DNA of 64,000 nucleotides from an uncultured Chitinophaga sp. (GCA_964493695.1 CAZBPG010000003.1:124-64123), one strand, 5' to 3'. Numbered from the stretch's first letter, positions 38,779 to 49,110 are shown. A program made the numbers and translations. Notes: a model not told the origin generated them from the sequence alone.

Positions 38779-39045
38779 GTGTTTCCCTTTTTCAGAAACG
38801 GAGCGCAAAAATAAACATCCTGCAAACTTTTGCAACTCCTGCAAAAATTAACCACCTTTGTTCCTTCTTCTCTCCTCTTGTATTATGCTTCCGTTTGCCG
38901 TCTTTCGTCTTCCATCTATTTTAATACTTTTACCCGCTTCAAAAATTAATATGCAGAAATGCCCGCAATTCAAATTTTCCAACAACCATGAATATATTAC
39001 CACGGGCATTCCATCTGGCCATTAAAAAAAACAAATTAGATACAG

Positions 39046-42000
39046 ATGAAATACAAATTGCTCAATAACATCTTCGGATGGGTTTCCTTTGCTTTCGCTG
39101 CTGTGGTGTATGGTATGACCATGGAAAGCACCGGCAGTTTCTGGGACTGTGGTGAGTTCATTTCAGGTTGCTTTAAATTACAGGTAGTTCACCCACCGGG
39201 TGCCCCTTTCTTTTTAATGCTCGGCAGAATCTTTACCCTTCTTTCAGGAGGCGACCCTTTAGTAAACGGAACAGGAGGCAATGTTGCCCTTTCCATCAAT
39301 TTAATGAGTGCTTTGGCCACAGCCGCTTCGGTAATGTTTACTTTCTGGACGGTGACCGCACTTGCCCGCAAGTTTGTGTTCAAAGACGGCAACTACACCA
39401 CCGGTGGAATCATCACCGTGATTGGTGCCGGTTTAGTGGCTGCTGCTTCCTGCACGTTCCTCGATTCGCTTTGGTTCAGCGCGGTAGAAGGTGAGGTTTA
39501 CGCCTTATCGCAATTCTTTATGTCGTTCATTTTCTGGGCTATTATGAAATGGGAAGCCGATGACAGCAAGTATGCCGACCACTGGTTGGTGCTTATCTCC
39601 TACATGACCGGTCTTTCCATAGGTGTTCACTTGCTCAGCTTGCTCGCGCTCCCTGCAATTGCTTTGGTTTACTACTACAAAAAATTCAAAACCACATTGA
39701 CCGGATGGATGGCTGCGGCAGGTATCGGCTTCTTGATTCTCGGGCTTTATATGAAATTCATTATCTCCTTTACGCAATCGTATTTAGCGGGAATGGATTT
39801 GTTTTTTGTAAACACACTGAATTTACCGTTTAACTCGGGTGTAATTTTCGGATTGTTGTTACTGGTGGCCGTTTTGTTTTTTATTATCCGCTTCACCCAC
39901 TCCGGCAGCGAAACAGATTTCAGGATTGCCATGGGAGTTAGTATTGCCTACGTAATCATCGGCTTTGTTATTTCCGATAGCTGGACAGCCCGCTTACTGC
40001 GCTTGCTGTTCCCTGTTTTTGTATATGTGGCAAATAAACACGGCTACGAATCAAGAAGGCTGCTGAACATAGGTATACTATCCATTGCCTTTTCTTACAT
40101 CGGTTACATGAGTTACATCATGGTGCCTATCCGAGCTATCGCGAATCCGCCCATTAACATGAACCGGCCAACAGATCCGTTCACGATTAAGTCATATGTT
40201 GACCGTGAGCAATACGGTGACCGCCCTTTATTAAAAGGGCCGGATTACACCGTAACTTCTTACGATATTGAAGATTATATAAAGACCGGTGAACGCTGGG
40301 TAAAAGACGAAAAGAAAAAGCAATACGTTTACGGAGGCGATAAACAGGATTACAAATTCCGCGATGATGTGCAGATGCTTTTCCCGCGCCTTGGTTTCTG
40401 GCAGGAAGAAGGAAAGAAAGCCGGTTACCGCGCCTGGTTAAATCCGGAATACAATGTGGTGGACCGTGCTTCGAAAAATGTGGTAAAAACTTTCCCTCCT
40501 TCTGGTTTAAAACAGGCAAATGAGTATGCGGCCGGTTTAAACAAAGATGGCGGGCAGAATCAGTACTACGTAAAGGACGCCATTACATTTGCCGATAACA
40601 TGCGGTTCTTCTTCAAATATCAGATTGGCTACATGTATTTCCGCTATTTCTTCTGGAATTTCTCAGGGCGCCAAAACGATGTTCAGGGAACCTACGGCAA
40701 CGATGACGGCCGATGGATTTCAGGCATTCCTTTCATAGATAACTCACACAAATTCTTTACACCGGAATGGCCGCAGGACAATCTTTCTAAATCAATGCTG
40801 GCTAACAAAGCGAGGAATAAATTTTACATGATTCCTTTTATTCTCGGTTTAGCCGGTTTGATATTCACGTTGTTTAAAGACGAAAGAACCTTCTGGATTA
40901 TCCTCGTGCTTTTCGGCACTACCGGTTTCCTGCAGATTATTTATCAGAACGAACCACCGATAGAGCCGCGCGAAAGAGATTACGCCATAGCCGGTTCCTT
41001 TATCATGTTTACCATGTGGATGGGCTTCGGGGTAATTGCGCTGATTGATTTCCTGAAAAAGAAACTACCGGAAGTACCCAGTGCCATTGGTGCCGTGGTT
41101 TTGTGTGCCATTGCTCCTTTCTTAATGGGCTCTCAATGCTGGGACGACCATACCCGTCACAACCGGTATCCGGCACGCGACTTCGCTATTGATTATTTGG
41201 AATCCTGCGCACCAAACGCCATTGTGTTTACACAAGGCGATAACGATACCTATCCGCTTTGGTATGCACAGGAAACCGAAGGCGTACGCCCCGATATCCG
41301 CATCATCAATCTTTCGCTGTTAGGTGTTGACTGGTATATCGAGCAACTGAATTACAAAACAAATGAAGCGGCACCGGTTAAGCTCACGTTTAAACCCGAA
41401 CAATACGAAGGCAACAACCGCGATGTAGTTCGCTTTAAACAGGATGCCCGGATACCGGATGGAACTTCGGTAGAGTTGAAACGCGTGATGCAGTTTATAG
41501 GGAGCGAAGATGCCCGCGATAAAGTAATGTATCAGAACGGTGAAAGCGAAAACTATCTTCCTTCAAAAAATTTCTACTTGGATGTAGATACAGATAAAGT
41601 GAAGGCCATGAACATGGTGGCACCGGAAGATTACGGACAGATTGTTCCGCGCATGAACTGGACAATTGATAACAGTGCCTTGCTGAAAAACGATTTGCTC
41701 ACGCTTGACATTGTAGCAAACAACCTGATGGAGCGCCCAATCTATTTCGCTGTTTCGGTAGCACCCGAAGCCTACATGGGGCTGGAGAAATATTTCCAGT
41801 TGGAAGGTTTAACTTACCGGGTAGTGCCGAAAGAAAACCCGAGCAACTCGCCATACAACGCACCGGCACGCACCGATGTAATGTATGAGAACATGATGAA
41901 GAAATTCAGGTTTGCGGGTATTGCCGAAAACAAAAATGTTTATCTGGATGAAAACACCCTGCGCATGACGGTGAACATCCGCGGCAACTTCGGCCGCCTT

Positions 42001-42441
42001 GCACAGGCATTGCTCGATAAAGGCGAAAAAGAAAGAGCCGCAGCCGTAATTGATTACTCGCTCAAGGTAATGCCGCCTGACCGGGTTGAACATTCGGTGT
42101 TCGATTATTCGTATCCGGAAGTTTACTACGAAGCAGGACAGAAAGAGAAAGCCCGCGCGTTGGTAAACGAAATGTTCGACAAGGCGAAAGATGAACTCAA
42201 CTATTACAAGGGAGTTTATCAGTTCTCGCTGAACCAGGCGCGCGATGCAGGCGACATGGCCTACTTCAGCCAGTTGCAGCAGGGTGCCTTTATGGAGCGC
42301 AGAGAAGTGCGCGAACAGCTTTTCATTATGCAGGAACTTACATTGGCCTCTAAGAAATATGATGATGCCGATTTCAGCGCTAAAATTGACAAGACCTTCC
42401 AGGACTACCGGATGAGTTTTGTGCAGATGCCGAAACAGTAA
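39046..42441 (+). CDS. DUF2723 family membrane protein (TMEM260-like GT-C glycosyltransferase)
   Basis: SFWDCGEFI, VVHPPGAPFF, WFSAVEGEVYA, RERDY and GDNDTYPLWY motifs. Confidence 0.92.
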   Translation: MKYKLLNNIFGWVSFAFAAVVYGMTMESTGSFWDCGEFISGCFKLQVVHPPGAPFFLMLGRIFTLLSGGDPLVNGTGGNVALSINLMSALATAASVMFTFWTVTALARKFVFKDGNYTTGGIITVIGAGLVAAASCTFLDSLWFSAVEGEVYALSQFFMSFIFWAIMKWEADDSKYADHWLVLISYMTGLSIGVHLLSLLALPAIALVYYYKKFKTTLTGWMAAAGIGFLILGLYMKFIISFTQSYLAGMDLFFVNTLNLPFNSGVIFGLLLLVAVLFFIIRFTHSGSETDFRIAMGVSIAYVIIGFVISDSWTARLLRLLFPVFVYVANKHGYESRRLLNIGILSIAFSYIGYMSYIMVPIRAIANPPINMNRPTDPFTIKSYVDREQYGDRPLLKGPDYTVTSYDIEDYIKTGERWVKDEKKKQYVYGGDKQDYKFRDDVQMLFPRLGFWQEEGKKAGYRAWLNPEYNVVDRASKNVVKTFPPSGLKQANEYAAGLNKDGGQNQYYVKDAITFADNMRFFFKYQIGYMYFRYFFWNFSGRQNDVQGTYGNDDGRWISGIPFIDNSHKFFTPEWPQDNLSKSMLANKARNKFYMIPFILGLAGLIFTLFKDERTFWIILVLFGTTGFLQIIYQNEPPIEPRERDYAIAGSFIMFTMWMGFGVIALIDFLKKKLPEVPSAIGAVVLCAIAPFLMGSQCWDDHTRHNRYPARDFAIDYLESCAPNAIVFTQGDNDTYPLWYAQETEGVRPDIRIINLSLLGVDWYIEQLNYKTNEAAPVKLTFKPEQYEGNNRDVVRFKQDARIPDGTSVELKRVMQFIGSEDARDKVMYQNGESENYLPSKNFYLDVDTDKVKAMNMVAPEDYGQIVPRMNWTIDNSALLKNDLLTLDIVANNLMERPIYFAVSVAPEAYMGLEKYFQLEGLTYRVVPKENPSNSPYNAPARTDVMYENMMKKFRFAGIAENKNVYLDENTLRMTVNIRGNFGRLAQALLDKGEKERAAAVIDYSLKVMPPDRVEHSVFDYSYPEVYYEAGQKEKARALVNEMFDKAKDELNYYKGVYQFSLNQARDAGDMAYFSQLQQGAFMERREVREQLFIMQELTLASKKYDDADFSAKIDKTFQDYRMSFVQMPKQ

Positions 42442-42453
42442 CACTACACACAT

Positions 42454-42486
42454 AACCCCGAACGGGTTTAAAACCCGTTCGGGGTT
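42454..42486. repeat. REP-like palindrome, copy 3 of the 7730 family
   Basis: AACCCCGAACGGGTT-TAA-AACCCGTTCGGGGTT, with a compensatory change relative to copy 1. Confidence 0.9.
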
Positions 42487-42495
42487 TTTCTTTTT

Positions 42496-43260
42496 ATGAA
42501 AGAACCCAAACAACACTTTTGCATTTTCGGACGAAAGCCCATTATTGAAGCGTTCAAAGCAGGAAAACGTTTCGATAAGATTCTGTTATTGAAATCGTGG
42601 AAGAGCGAAGAGATAACCGAAATTCAAAAGCTGGCGGCAGAAACCGAAACACCGGTGCAGGGTGTTCCTAAAGAAAAACTGGAAGCCGTTGCCAAAAAGT
42701 ATTCAAAGTATCAGACCTATAGCCACGAAGGGGTAATTGGCTTTCTTTCGCTTATCAATTATTACAGTATTGACGATGTGCTGCACAACGTTTATGCAAA
42801 AGGGCAAACGCCTTTGTTTATAGTGCTCGATGGCGTAACCGATGTGGGAAACTTTGGTGCCATTGCCCGCTCGGCTGAATGTATGGGTGTTCACGCGCTC
42901 ATTATTCCTGCACAGGGCTCGGCACAAATAAATACCGAAGCCATGAAAGCCAGTGCCGGTTCGCTCACACATCTTTTAGTATGCCGCGAAAAGAGTTTGC
43001 TAAACGCCATCAACTATCTAAAGACAAACGGCATCCGCATTTACGGAACCGAGATGCGCGAATCTTCCGAAATTTCGAAAGCAGACTTTACCGTGCCTTG
43101 TGCCATTGTCATGGGCTCCGAAGGCATGGGTATATCAAAAGAAATTCTGCGCGCCTGCGATGAACGCGTGCGCATTCCCATGACCGGTAAAACAGAATCG
43201 CTCAACGTTTCGGTAAGCACCGGTATTGTGTTGTATGAGGCTTTGAGACAGCGGCAGTAG
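42496..43260 (+). CDS. rlmB: 23S rRNA (G2251) 2'-O-methyltransferase, TrmH family
   Basis: LDGVTDVGNFGAIARSA, GSEGMG and IPMTGKTESLNVSV motifs. Confidence 0.93.
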   Translation: MKEPKQHFCIFGRKPIIEAFKAGKRFDKILLLKSWKSEEITEIQKLAAETETPVQGVPKEKLEAVAKKYSKYQTYSHEGVIGFLSLINYYSIDDVLHNVYAKGQTPLFIVLDGVTDVGNFGAIARSAECMGVHALIIPAQGSAQINTEAMKASAGSLTHLLVCREKSLLNAINYLKTNGIRIYGTEMRESSEISKADFTVPCAIVMGSEGMGISKEILRACDERVRIPMTGKTESLNVSVSTGIVLYEALRQRQ

Positions 43261-43321
43261 GCAGCAGCAGCAAATACAGTCTTCCATAAATTTCTTTACC
43301 TTTAATTTAAACTTCAGGGGT

Positions 43322-43537
43322 ATGAAAACAATTAAATTAACAGAAGAAATAGCGGAGATAGAAACATACGTACGCAAGCTTAGTGTACGTGAGCGAAATG
43401 TTTTATTGAAACAACTTCGCAAAAAATTTTTGATGCAGGAGGCTAAGCGGCTGAGTAAATCTGTGCGGAAAGAACCGGTTATTTCTATTGAGGATATTGT
43501 GGCGGAAGTAAACAAAGTACGAAAGAATGCCGCTTGA
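43322..43537 (+). CDS. Putative antitoxin partner of the PIN toxin
   Basis: 71-aa basic helical ORF ending ISIEDIVAEVNKVRK; overlaps the PIN gene start. Confidence 0.7.
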   Translation: MKTIKLTEEIAEIETYVRKLSVRERNVLLKQLRKKFLMQEAKRLSKSVRKEPVISIEDIVAEVNKVRKNAA

Positions 43538-43946
43538 CAGAGTTGTATTAGACAGCAACACCTGGCTCAGTTATTTCTATTACAATGAGTTTGAAAAACT
43601 GGTAGAGATAAGCGAAGATTTAGAAGTTAAGATTTATACCTCCCAAAAACAGTTGCAGGAAATTAAGGCTGTATTGCAACGTCCTAAGTTCAAAAATAAA
43701 ATCGCCTTACCTGCCTTTGACTATATCAACTTCATAAAACATATCGCTTACGTTATCAAAATTGATGAGCGGTTTGACCGCATTACCGATACCAACGATA
43801 ATTACTTATTCGATATTGCCTACACGGCTAAATGCAGTCATGTAGTTACTGATGATAAAGCAGTGCTGCTGCTAAAGCACGTTGGTAAAATTTAAATTAT
43901 TTCAAAAGAAGATTTTAAGAAGAGTATCAGAAAATTGAAGCGTTGA
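43527..43946 (+). pseudogene. PIN-domain toxin with a probable premature TAA at 43893..43895
   Basis: VVLDSN, EIKAVL, DTNDNYL and VVTDDK PIN residues. The frame continues IISKEDFKKSIRKLKR to a TGA at 43946. Confidence 0.7.
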
Positions 43947-43958
43947 AGTATTTGATTC

Positions 43959-44141
43959 GCGGCAGTCTCCGTTTCGGGACCCTGCCGCACTACTACCGCA
44001 GGGTCTTCGCAAAGCCGAAAGACTGCGGGGAAAAAAGAGGAAAGTAAAGGCGTTTGTCATGCCGAGGAACGAGGCATCTTGCTTTTTGTTTATTGCAATA
44101 CAGGATTCTTCACTTCGCAGAGCCTTCGTTCAGAATGACAA
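43959..44141. repeat. Cluster of REP-like hairpins
   Basis: GCGGCAG..CTGCCGC and CCGCAG..CTGCGG hairpins, plus GTCATGCCGAGGAACGAGGCATCT and GATTCTTCACTTCGCAGAGCCTTCGTTCAGAATGAC. The last two recur inverted at about 60350..60435. Confidence 0.85.
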
Positions 44142-44144
44142 TGC

Positions 44145-44462
44145 CTACCTTTCAAACCCATAATCCCTCTCCACCTTACACACCCGTAGTTTAAACTGCG
44201 CGTACCATTTTTCCTTACCCAGTTGCTGAGCCTGCAAATGCTCCACATTCATTTTCCAGTGGCGTATGCTTTCCAAATCTTTCCAGTACGAAACCGTAAT
44301 ACCCAATTCTTCCCGCGCTGATTCTATTCCCAGATAACCGGGTTGCTCTTTGGCGAGTTCTTCCATCCGGTTCGCCATTTCAGCATAACCGTTATCGCCC
44401 TCGGTACGCAGGCTGGTGAAGATGACGGCATAGTAGGGTGGTGGCGGTGTTTGGGCAAGCAT
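44145..44462 (-). CDS. Antibiotic biosynthesis monooxygenase family protein
   Basis: PPYYAVIFTS, QPGYLGIESAR and ITVSYW motifs. Confidence 0.93.
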   Translation of the reverse strand: MLAQTPPPPYYAVIFTSLRTEGDNGYAEMANRMEELAKEQPGYLGIESAREELGITVSYWKDLESIRHWKMNVEHLQAQQLGKEKWYAQFKLRVCKVERDYGFER

Positions 44463-44497
44463 TTCGTGTTTCTTGTTTGTTGTTCTTTGTTTCCTGT

Positions 44498-45352
44498 TTA
44501 CTGCACCACTAATTTACCTGCACTAATTTTTTGCGAAGAAGAAACAACCTGATACAAATACATTCCCTTACTTACTTCATTCAACTCTACGCGGTTTGTG
44601 GCACCGGTTAGTTGTTTCTGCAAAACCATTCTGCCGGTTATATCGAAGAGTTGGAAAGAAGTTTTTTCGGGAAGATTAGTTTCTGATTGAATGGTGACGG
44701 AGGTGGTGGCGGGGTTGGGAAAGAGATGAAAAAGGTTCTGTACTTTCTCTTTTATTCCTGTTGCAGAATTGTAAATACAGGTATCTATGAAAGGGTCGTG
44801 ATATAACAATTGAGAATTTTCAAAATAACACAACAGCCACCAATCGGGACCGTCTACTGTTAAAAACTCTGTTTCCGGATGCAAAAAGTGAGAATAAATA
44901 GAACCGACACCATCAATCCATATATCAGGATACGGACCAATAAATATTCTCTTGCGCCAATGCCCTATATAAACAGAATCAACCGAATCAATGATTGCTG
45001 TGTAGGTTTGTAAATTTTCATCGTTTTGCAAATTGTAAATTGTATCCCCTTTATTGACTCCAAAATCATAAAGAAATACCTCCGATGTATCGGTTTGGTA
45101 CTTATAGATTCGGTTAGCCGTATCCCTTCTCATAAAATGTCCCGATATGTTTTGATATGAAACTCCGGCAAGAACAGTATCCGATTCGCTTAGGAAAACA
45201 AGAGTTAAGTAGTAGTCAGGATATGGTAACCATGTATCATAATACAAAACCACATTCCACTGCGCAGTTGAATCCGCAAACCGGAAATCAGTTTGAGCAA
45301 ACAGCCCGTTAACCGAAACTGAAATAAGAAGAAGGAGTAAATACTTTTTCAT
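44498..45352 (-). CDS. T9SS type-A sorting domain protein
   Basis: Signal peptide; WIDGVGS; CTD LFPNPA...FDITGR...GMYLY...KLVV. Confidence 0.9.
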   Translation of the reverse strand: MKKYLLLLLISVSVNGLFAQTDFRFADSTAQWNVVLYYDTWLPYPDYYLTLVFLSESDTVLAGVSYQNISGHFMRRDTANRIYKYQTDTSEVFLYDFGVNKGDTIYNLQNDENLQTYTAIIDSVDSVYIGHWRKRIFIGPYPDIWIDGVGSIYSHFLHPETEFLTVDGPDWWLLCYFENSQLLYHDPFIDTCIYNSATGIKEKVQNLFHLFPNPATTSVTIQSETNLPEKTSFQLFDITGRMVLQKQLTGATNRVELNEVSKGMYLYQVVSSSQKISAGKLVVQ

Positions 45353-45454
45353 GCCTTATATACCCTGCAAGATAAAACTAAAAAGCTGTCCGCATTACAC
45401 TCTCTTAAAAAATGACATTTCTATGACAATCCTCACCGCTATTTACTTAACCCC

Positions 45455-45740
45455 TGTTACCGATTAGTTACACTGCCTGTATCTTTCATAATGCCTGTAA
45501 CTTTTCGGTAACATGTTCTGTAACTATTACAGATTCTGTAACTATTCGGTGACATCTTCTATAATAAATACAGACCTTGTAACTATTCGGTGTCATAGGC
45601 TATAACTATTACAGGTTATGTAACTATTTAGTTACATACTCTATATTTTATACAGAAGCTGTAACTATTCGGTTACAACTTCTGTATTTTATAAAACAGA
45701 TGTCACCGAATAGTTACACCGTCTATTAACTTCTTATAAC
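45455..45740. repeat. Degenerate 41-bp-period array, homologous to 22938..23217
   Basis: 18-bp TGT(A/C/T)AC-N6-GT(T/G/A)ACA-like units start at 45455, 45496, 45537, 45578, 45619, 45660 and 45701, separated by 23-bp linkers containing TCTGTA-N5-TACAGA-like sequence. Confidence 0.9.
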
Positions 45741-45833
45741 AGATAACCGCATAATTTTCTGTATGGAAAAACCGTTATCCATACATCATCTGAAAAGTAT
45801 TGAACCGGTTTTGCGAACCATAATTCAATTTGT

Positions 45834-46556
45834 ATGAGCAAGAAAAAAGTGCGCCTGCTGCTGAACAGCTTTGAAATACAAACCAGGCGCAGCCACAAAA
45901 AAGCAGTTTCGCTTAGTTTTGGAACTATCCGCAAACTAAGCCCGGTAACGGTGCCTGCTTTGCAGCAAATACATAACGATTACCTGCCCCATCATGAAGC
46001 GTACATCAACCTCGACACTGCGGTGGGGATGCTGGAAGGAACCTATAAGGGCAAAACAAATTCCTTTATACTTCTAATAAACAACCTGCCGGTTAAACTC
46101 CGGCAATGGGAAGCCCCTATACACACAGTTTTTATGGAAGATTCAGCGGAGGCCATAGACATATTTTCGCGCAAGCGCACTCCTTTTTATGTGGGCACGT
46201 ATGAGCAGCGGCTAATGGCTATTCGTGTGCTGCGCAATAAACTGGCAGAATATATTGCTGCTTACCCTGCACTGGCACCGGTGCAGACAGATGTAGCCAC
46301 TTATTGCACACTGGCAGAAACTGCGCGCAGTTTGCAGCAAGGCAAAGAAGGCAACCTGGGCGAATTGCGGACCCTTCGCGAAGCTCAGCGCGTTGCTACT
46401 ATGAATGCTTATTGGGGAATAGTGTACTGTGGTTTAATGAGGCAGTTTTATACCAACCCTGCAGAGGTAGCCGCCTTTATTGAGTTTGAACTGTTGTATG
46501 AAAAAGAAAAAGAGGAAGAGGAAGGTGATGAAGGGCTAACCGGTGCCATAGTTTAA
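45834..46556 (+). CDS. Hypothetical helical protein (240 aa) downstream of the 41-bp array
   Basis: Intact ORF with an acidic tail; no signal peptide or recognisable catalytic motif. Confidence 0.75.
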   Translation: MSKKKVRLLLNSFEIQTRRSHKKAVSLSFGTIRKLSPVTVPALQQIHNDYLPHHEAYINLDTAVGMLEGTYKGKTNSFILLINNLPVKLRQWEAPIHTVFMEDSAEAIDIFSRKRTPFYVGTYEQRLMAIRVLRNKLAEYIAAYPALAPVQTDVATYCTLAETARSLQQGKEGNLGELRTLREAQRVATMNAYWGIVYCGLMRQFYTNPAEVAAFIEFELLYEKEKEEEEGDEGLTGAIV

Positions 46557-46599
46557 TGCGGTGGCATCGGTGTCTAACTTCTGAATAGTCAATGTATTT

Positions 46600-46641
46600 C
46601 CTTCTCCTTTAGGAAAAGGTGCCCGAAGGGCGGATGAGGTT
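46600..46641. repeat. REP-like element of the 8887 family, between convergent genes
   Basis: CCTTCTCCTTTAGGAAAAGGTGCCCGAAGGGCGGATGAGGTT; two substitutions relative to 8887..8928. Confidence 0.9.
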
Positions 46642-47324
46642 TACTCCGAAATAATCCTCACTTCCGTCCTCCGGTTCTTTTGCTTACCGGTGGCGGTAGC
46701 GTTATCAGCCACCGGTTGGGTATCGCCATAACCTTTGGCGGTCACCCGCTCCGGTGCAATGCCTTTCTTCTTCAGGTATTCTTTCACCGCGTTGGCCCGG
46801 TCTTCCGAAAGTTTTTGATTGGCCTCTACTACACCCACATTATCGGTATGTCCGGCAATTTCAATAAACAAAGCCTTCTTCAGGCTCATGTATTCCGCCA
46901 GTTCATTCAGTTCTCTGTTCGATTCTGCCCGCAGGCTTGCTTTTCCTGAATCAAAAAACACATTATCCAGCGTAAACGATTTAGGCGGAGTGGCGGTAAT
47001 GGTATACTCAAACGTATAAGGATCGGCAGCCGAAGGCATGTCAAGCACCAGGTCGCTCTCTACGGTGGTGAAGATTTTGTATTTCACCTTATACTTCTGT
47101 GCCGGTGGTATCAGCATCTGGAATTTACCGGTGGCATCTGTCTTACCGGTGAACTCCTTTCCGTCTTTAATAGAAGTAAAAGTTACCGCCTGATTCGCCT
47201 GCGGTTTGTTTTTATCATCAATCACCATCACTTTCAATAAAGCCTGTGTGGCGGTGGGTTTAAGTTCCTGTGCCTGGAGTTGTGCAGCAATAAATACAAA
47301 GGCGAATAAGAATAGGTTTTGCAT
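46641..47324 (-). CDS. OmpA family protein with an N-terminal carboxypeptidase-regulatory-like domain
   Basis: Signal peptide; FDSGKA, GHTDNVG, LSEDRA, GYGDTQP and NRRTE motifs. Confidence 0.93.
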   Translation of the reverse strand: MQNLFLFAFVFIAAQLQAQELKPTATQALLKVMVIDDKNKPQANQAVTFTSIKDGKEFTGKTDATGKFQMLIPPAQKYKVKYKIFTTVESDLVLDMPSAADPYTFEYTITATPPKSFTLDNVFFDSGKASLRAESNRELNELAEYMSLKKALFIEIAGHTDNVGVVEANQKLSEDRANAVKEYLKKKGIAPERVTAKGYGDTQPVADNATATGKQKNRRTEVRIISE

Positions 47325-47396
47325 AACAATGGTTTTAAGAAATCAATTGGTGCGGCTATTAAACGTAAAGGAAGGGGATAATATTGGATGGCTTAA

Positions 47397-47747
47397 TCAA
47401 GCCATCAGTATCTCGTACGGAATTCCGAATGAATCGTGAAGGGCGCGGATCATTCGTTTAGAAAGTTCTCGCTTACGGTTCAACACTTCCGAAACCTTGC
47501 TTTTATCGCCAATGGCTTTTTCAAGGTCTTTTCTTTCAATCCCTTTTTCTTCCATCAGGTACTTAATCGCCTCGACCGGGTCCGGTGCTTCAATAGGAAA
47601 GTTCACTTCTTCGTAATTATCTACCAGCGTTGCCAAAACATCCAGTTCATCGCCCTGTGGTGTTCCGCTCTTTGAACCCCAAAGAATTTCCATACGCTTG
47701 ATAGCTTCGCTGTAATCGCGCTTTGTTTTTATTGGTTTAATATTCAT
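47397..47747 (-). CDS. higA: HigA antitoxin (HTH)
   Basis: IKPIKT...ELDVLATLVDNYE...PDPVEAIK...SEVLNRKRELS. Confidence 0.93.
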   Translation of the reverse strand: MNIKPIKTKRDYSEAIKRMEILWGSKSGTPQGDELDVLATLVDNYEEVNFPIEAPDPVEAIKYLMEEKGIERKDLEKAIGDKSKVSEVLNRKRELSKRMIRALHDSFGIPYEILMA

Positions 47748-47748
47748 A

Positions 47749-48042
47749 TCAAATGTTTTTTACGTCAATTTTATCGTAGGCTTTATGTGTCCCTATAAAC
47801 CGAATCCAAAGAATCTGTTTTTCGTAATCCAAAGCAGCCACTAACCGGTAGTCGTTCCCTTTTATATTAAAAACCACTCTGTCATTACCAACCACGCTTG
47901 CGTTACCAAACTTTGCTTTTAGCTGATTAAAACTCTTCCACTCCGCCTTTTTTACTTCACTAAACCATGTTTTAAGCGGTGTTTCCGCATCCGCATGTTT
48001 CTCCCAAAAACTTCTGAGGGTGCTTCGCGCAATAATTCTCAT
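47749..48042 (-). CDS. higB: HigB toxin
   Basis: MRIIARSTL...VVFNIKGNDYRL...IRFIGTHKAYD. Confidence 0.93.
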   Translation of the reverse strand: MRIIARSTLRSFWEKHADAETPLKTWFSEVKKAEWKSFNQLKAKFGNASVVGNDRVVFNIKGNDYRLVAALDYEKQILWIRFIGTHKAYDKIDVKNI

Positions 48043-48087
48043 GTCTACTGCAAAAATATAAAAAGGTTTCCAAAAAGGGAACTTTTC

Positions 48088-49110
48088 TTAAAACAAACTA
48101 CCTCCGGTAGTTGGCGGGGTTTTACCAAGATGCTTATAGGCAAGTTCAGTTACCTCTCTTCCGCGCGGGGTGCGTTTAATAAACCCTTCCTTAATCAGGA
48201 AAGGCTCATAAACTTCTTCAATGGTTCCCGGTTCTTCGTGAACGGCAGTAGCAATGGTAGTAAGACCAACCGGTCCTCCTTTAAACTTGTCAATAATAGC
48301 TGAGAGAATACGGTTATCCATTTCATCGAGCCCGAACAAATCTACGTTCAGGGCTTCAAGGGCATACTTGGTAATCTTTAGTGTGATGCTTCCATCGCCT
48401 TTTACCTGTGCAAAATCGCGCACCCTGCGCAGCAGTAAATTGGCGATACGCGGAGTGCCACGGCTTCTGCGGGCAATTTCAAAAGCGGCATCATCGTTTA
48501 TTTCGGTCTTCAAAATTTTTGCCGACCGTTTGATAATGTTCTTCAGCACTTCGGCATCGTAATACTCCATGCGGCAGGTAATACCAAAGCGCGAGCGCAA
48601 AGGCGCGGTAAGCAAACCGGAGCGGGTAGTAGCCCCCACCAGCGTGAACGGATTTAAACTGATCTGAACACTGCGCGCATTCGGACCGGTGTCAATCATA
48701 ATGTCAATCTTATAATCTTCCATCGCGCTATAGAGGTATTCTTCTACCACCGGTGAAAGGCGGTGAATTTCATCAATGAACAGCACATCATTTGTTTGCA
48801 GATTGGTAAGCAGGCCCGCAAGGTCACCGGGTTTTTCCAGCACCGGACCGGAGGTAACTTTAATACTCACGTTCATTTCGTTCGCTACAATATAACTGAG
48901 GGTAGTTTTACCCAGACCGGGAGGACCGTGTAACAACACATGGTCGAGTGCCTCGCTGCGTTGCTTGGCGGCTTCAATAAACACAAACAGGTTGTCAACT
49001 ATCTTGGGCTGCCCCATAAAGTCATCAATCGCCTTAGGGCGCAGGGCTTTCTCTACTTCCAGTTCGGCAGAAGAAAGGTCATCTTTATCGGGGTCCAGGT
49101 TCGTGTTCAT
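48088..49110 (-). CDS. ruvB: Holliday junction branch migration helicase
   Basis: [23 protein letters not shown] and EPFLI..G...RTPRGR motifs. Confidence 0.98.
   Translation of the reverse strand: MNTNLDPDKDDLSSAELEVEKALRPKAIDDFMGQPKIVDNLFVFIEAAKQRSEALDHVLLHGPPGLGKTTLSYIVANEMNVSIKVTSGPVLEKPGDLAGLLTNLQTNDVLFIDEIHRLSPVVEEYLYSAMEDYKIDIMIDTGPNARSVQISLNPFTLVGATTRSGLLTAPLRSRFGITCRMEYYDAEVLKNIIKRSAKILKTEINDDAAFEIARRSRGTPRIANLLLRRVRDFAQVKGDGSITLKITKYALEALNVDLFGLDEMDNRILSAIIDKFKGGPVGLTTIATAVHEEPGTIEEVYEPFLIKEGFIKRTPRGREVTELAYKHLGKTPPTTGGSLF

Noticed and set aside
45455-45740. CRISPR array or integron attC series
   Set aside because: The linkers resemble each other rather than being unique spacers. 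There are no cas genes, no integron integrase and no cassette ORFs between units.
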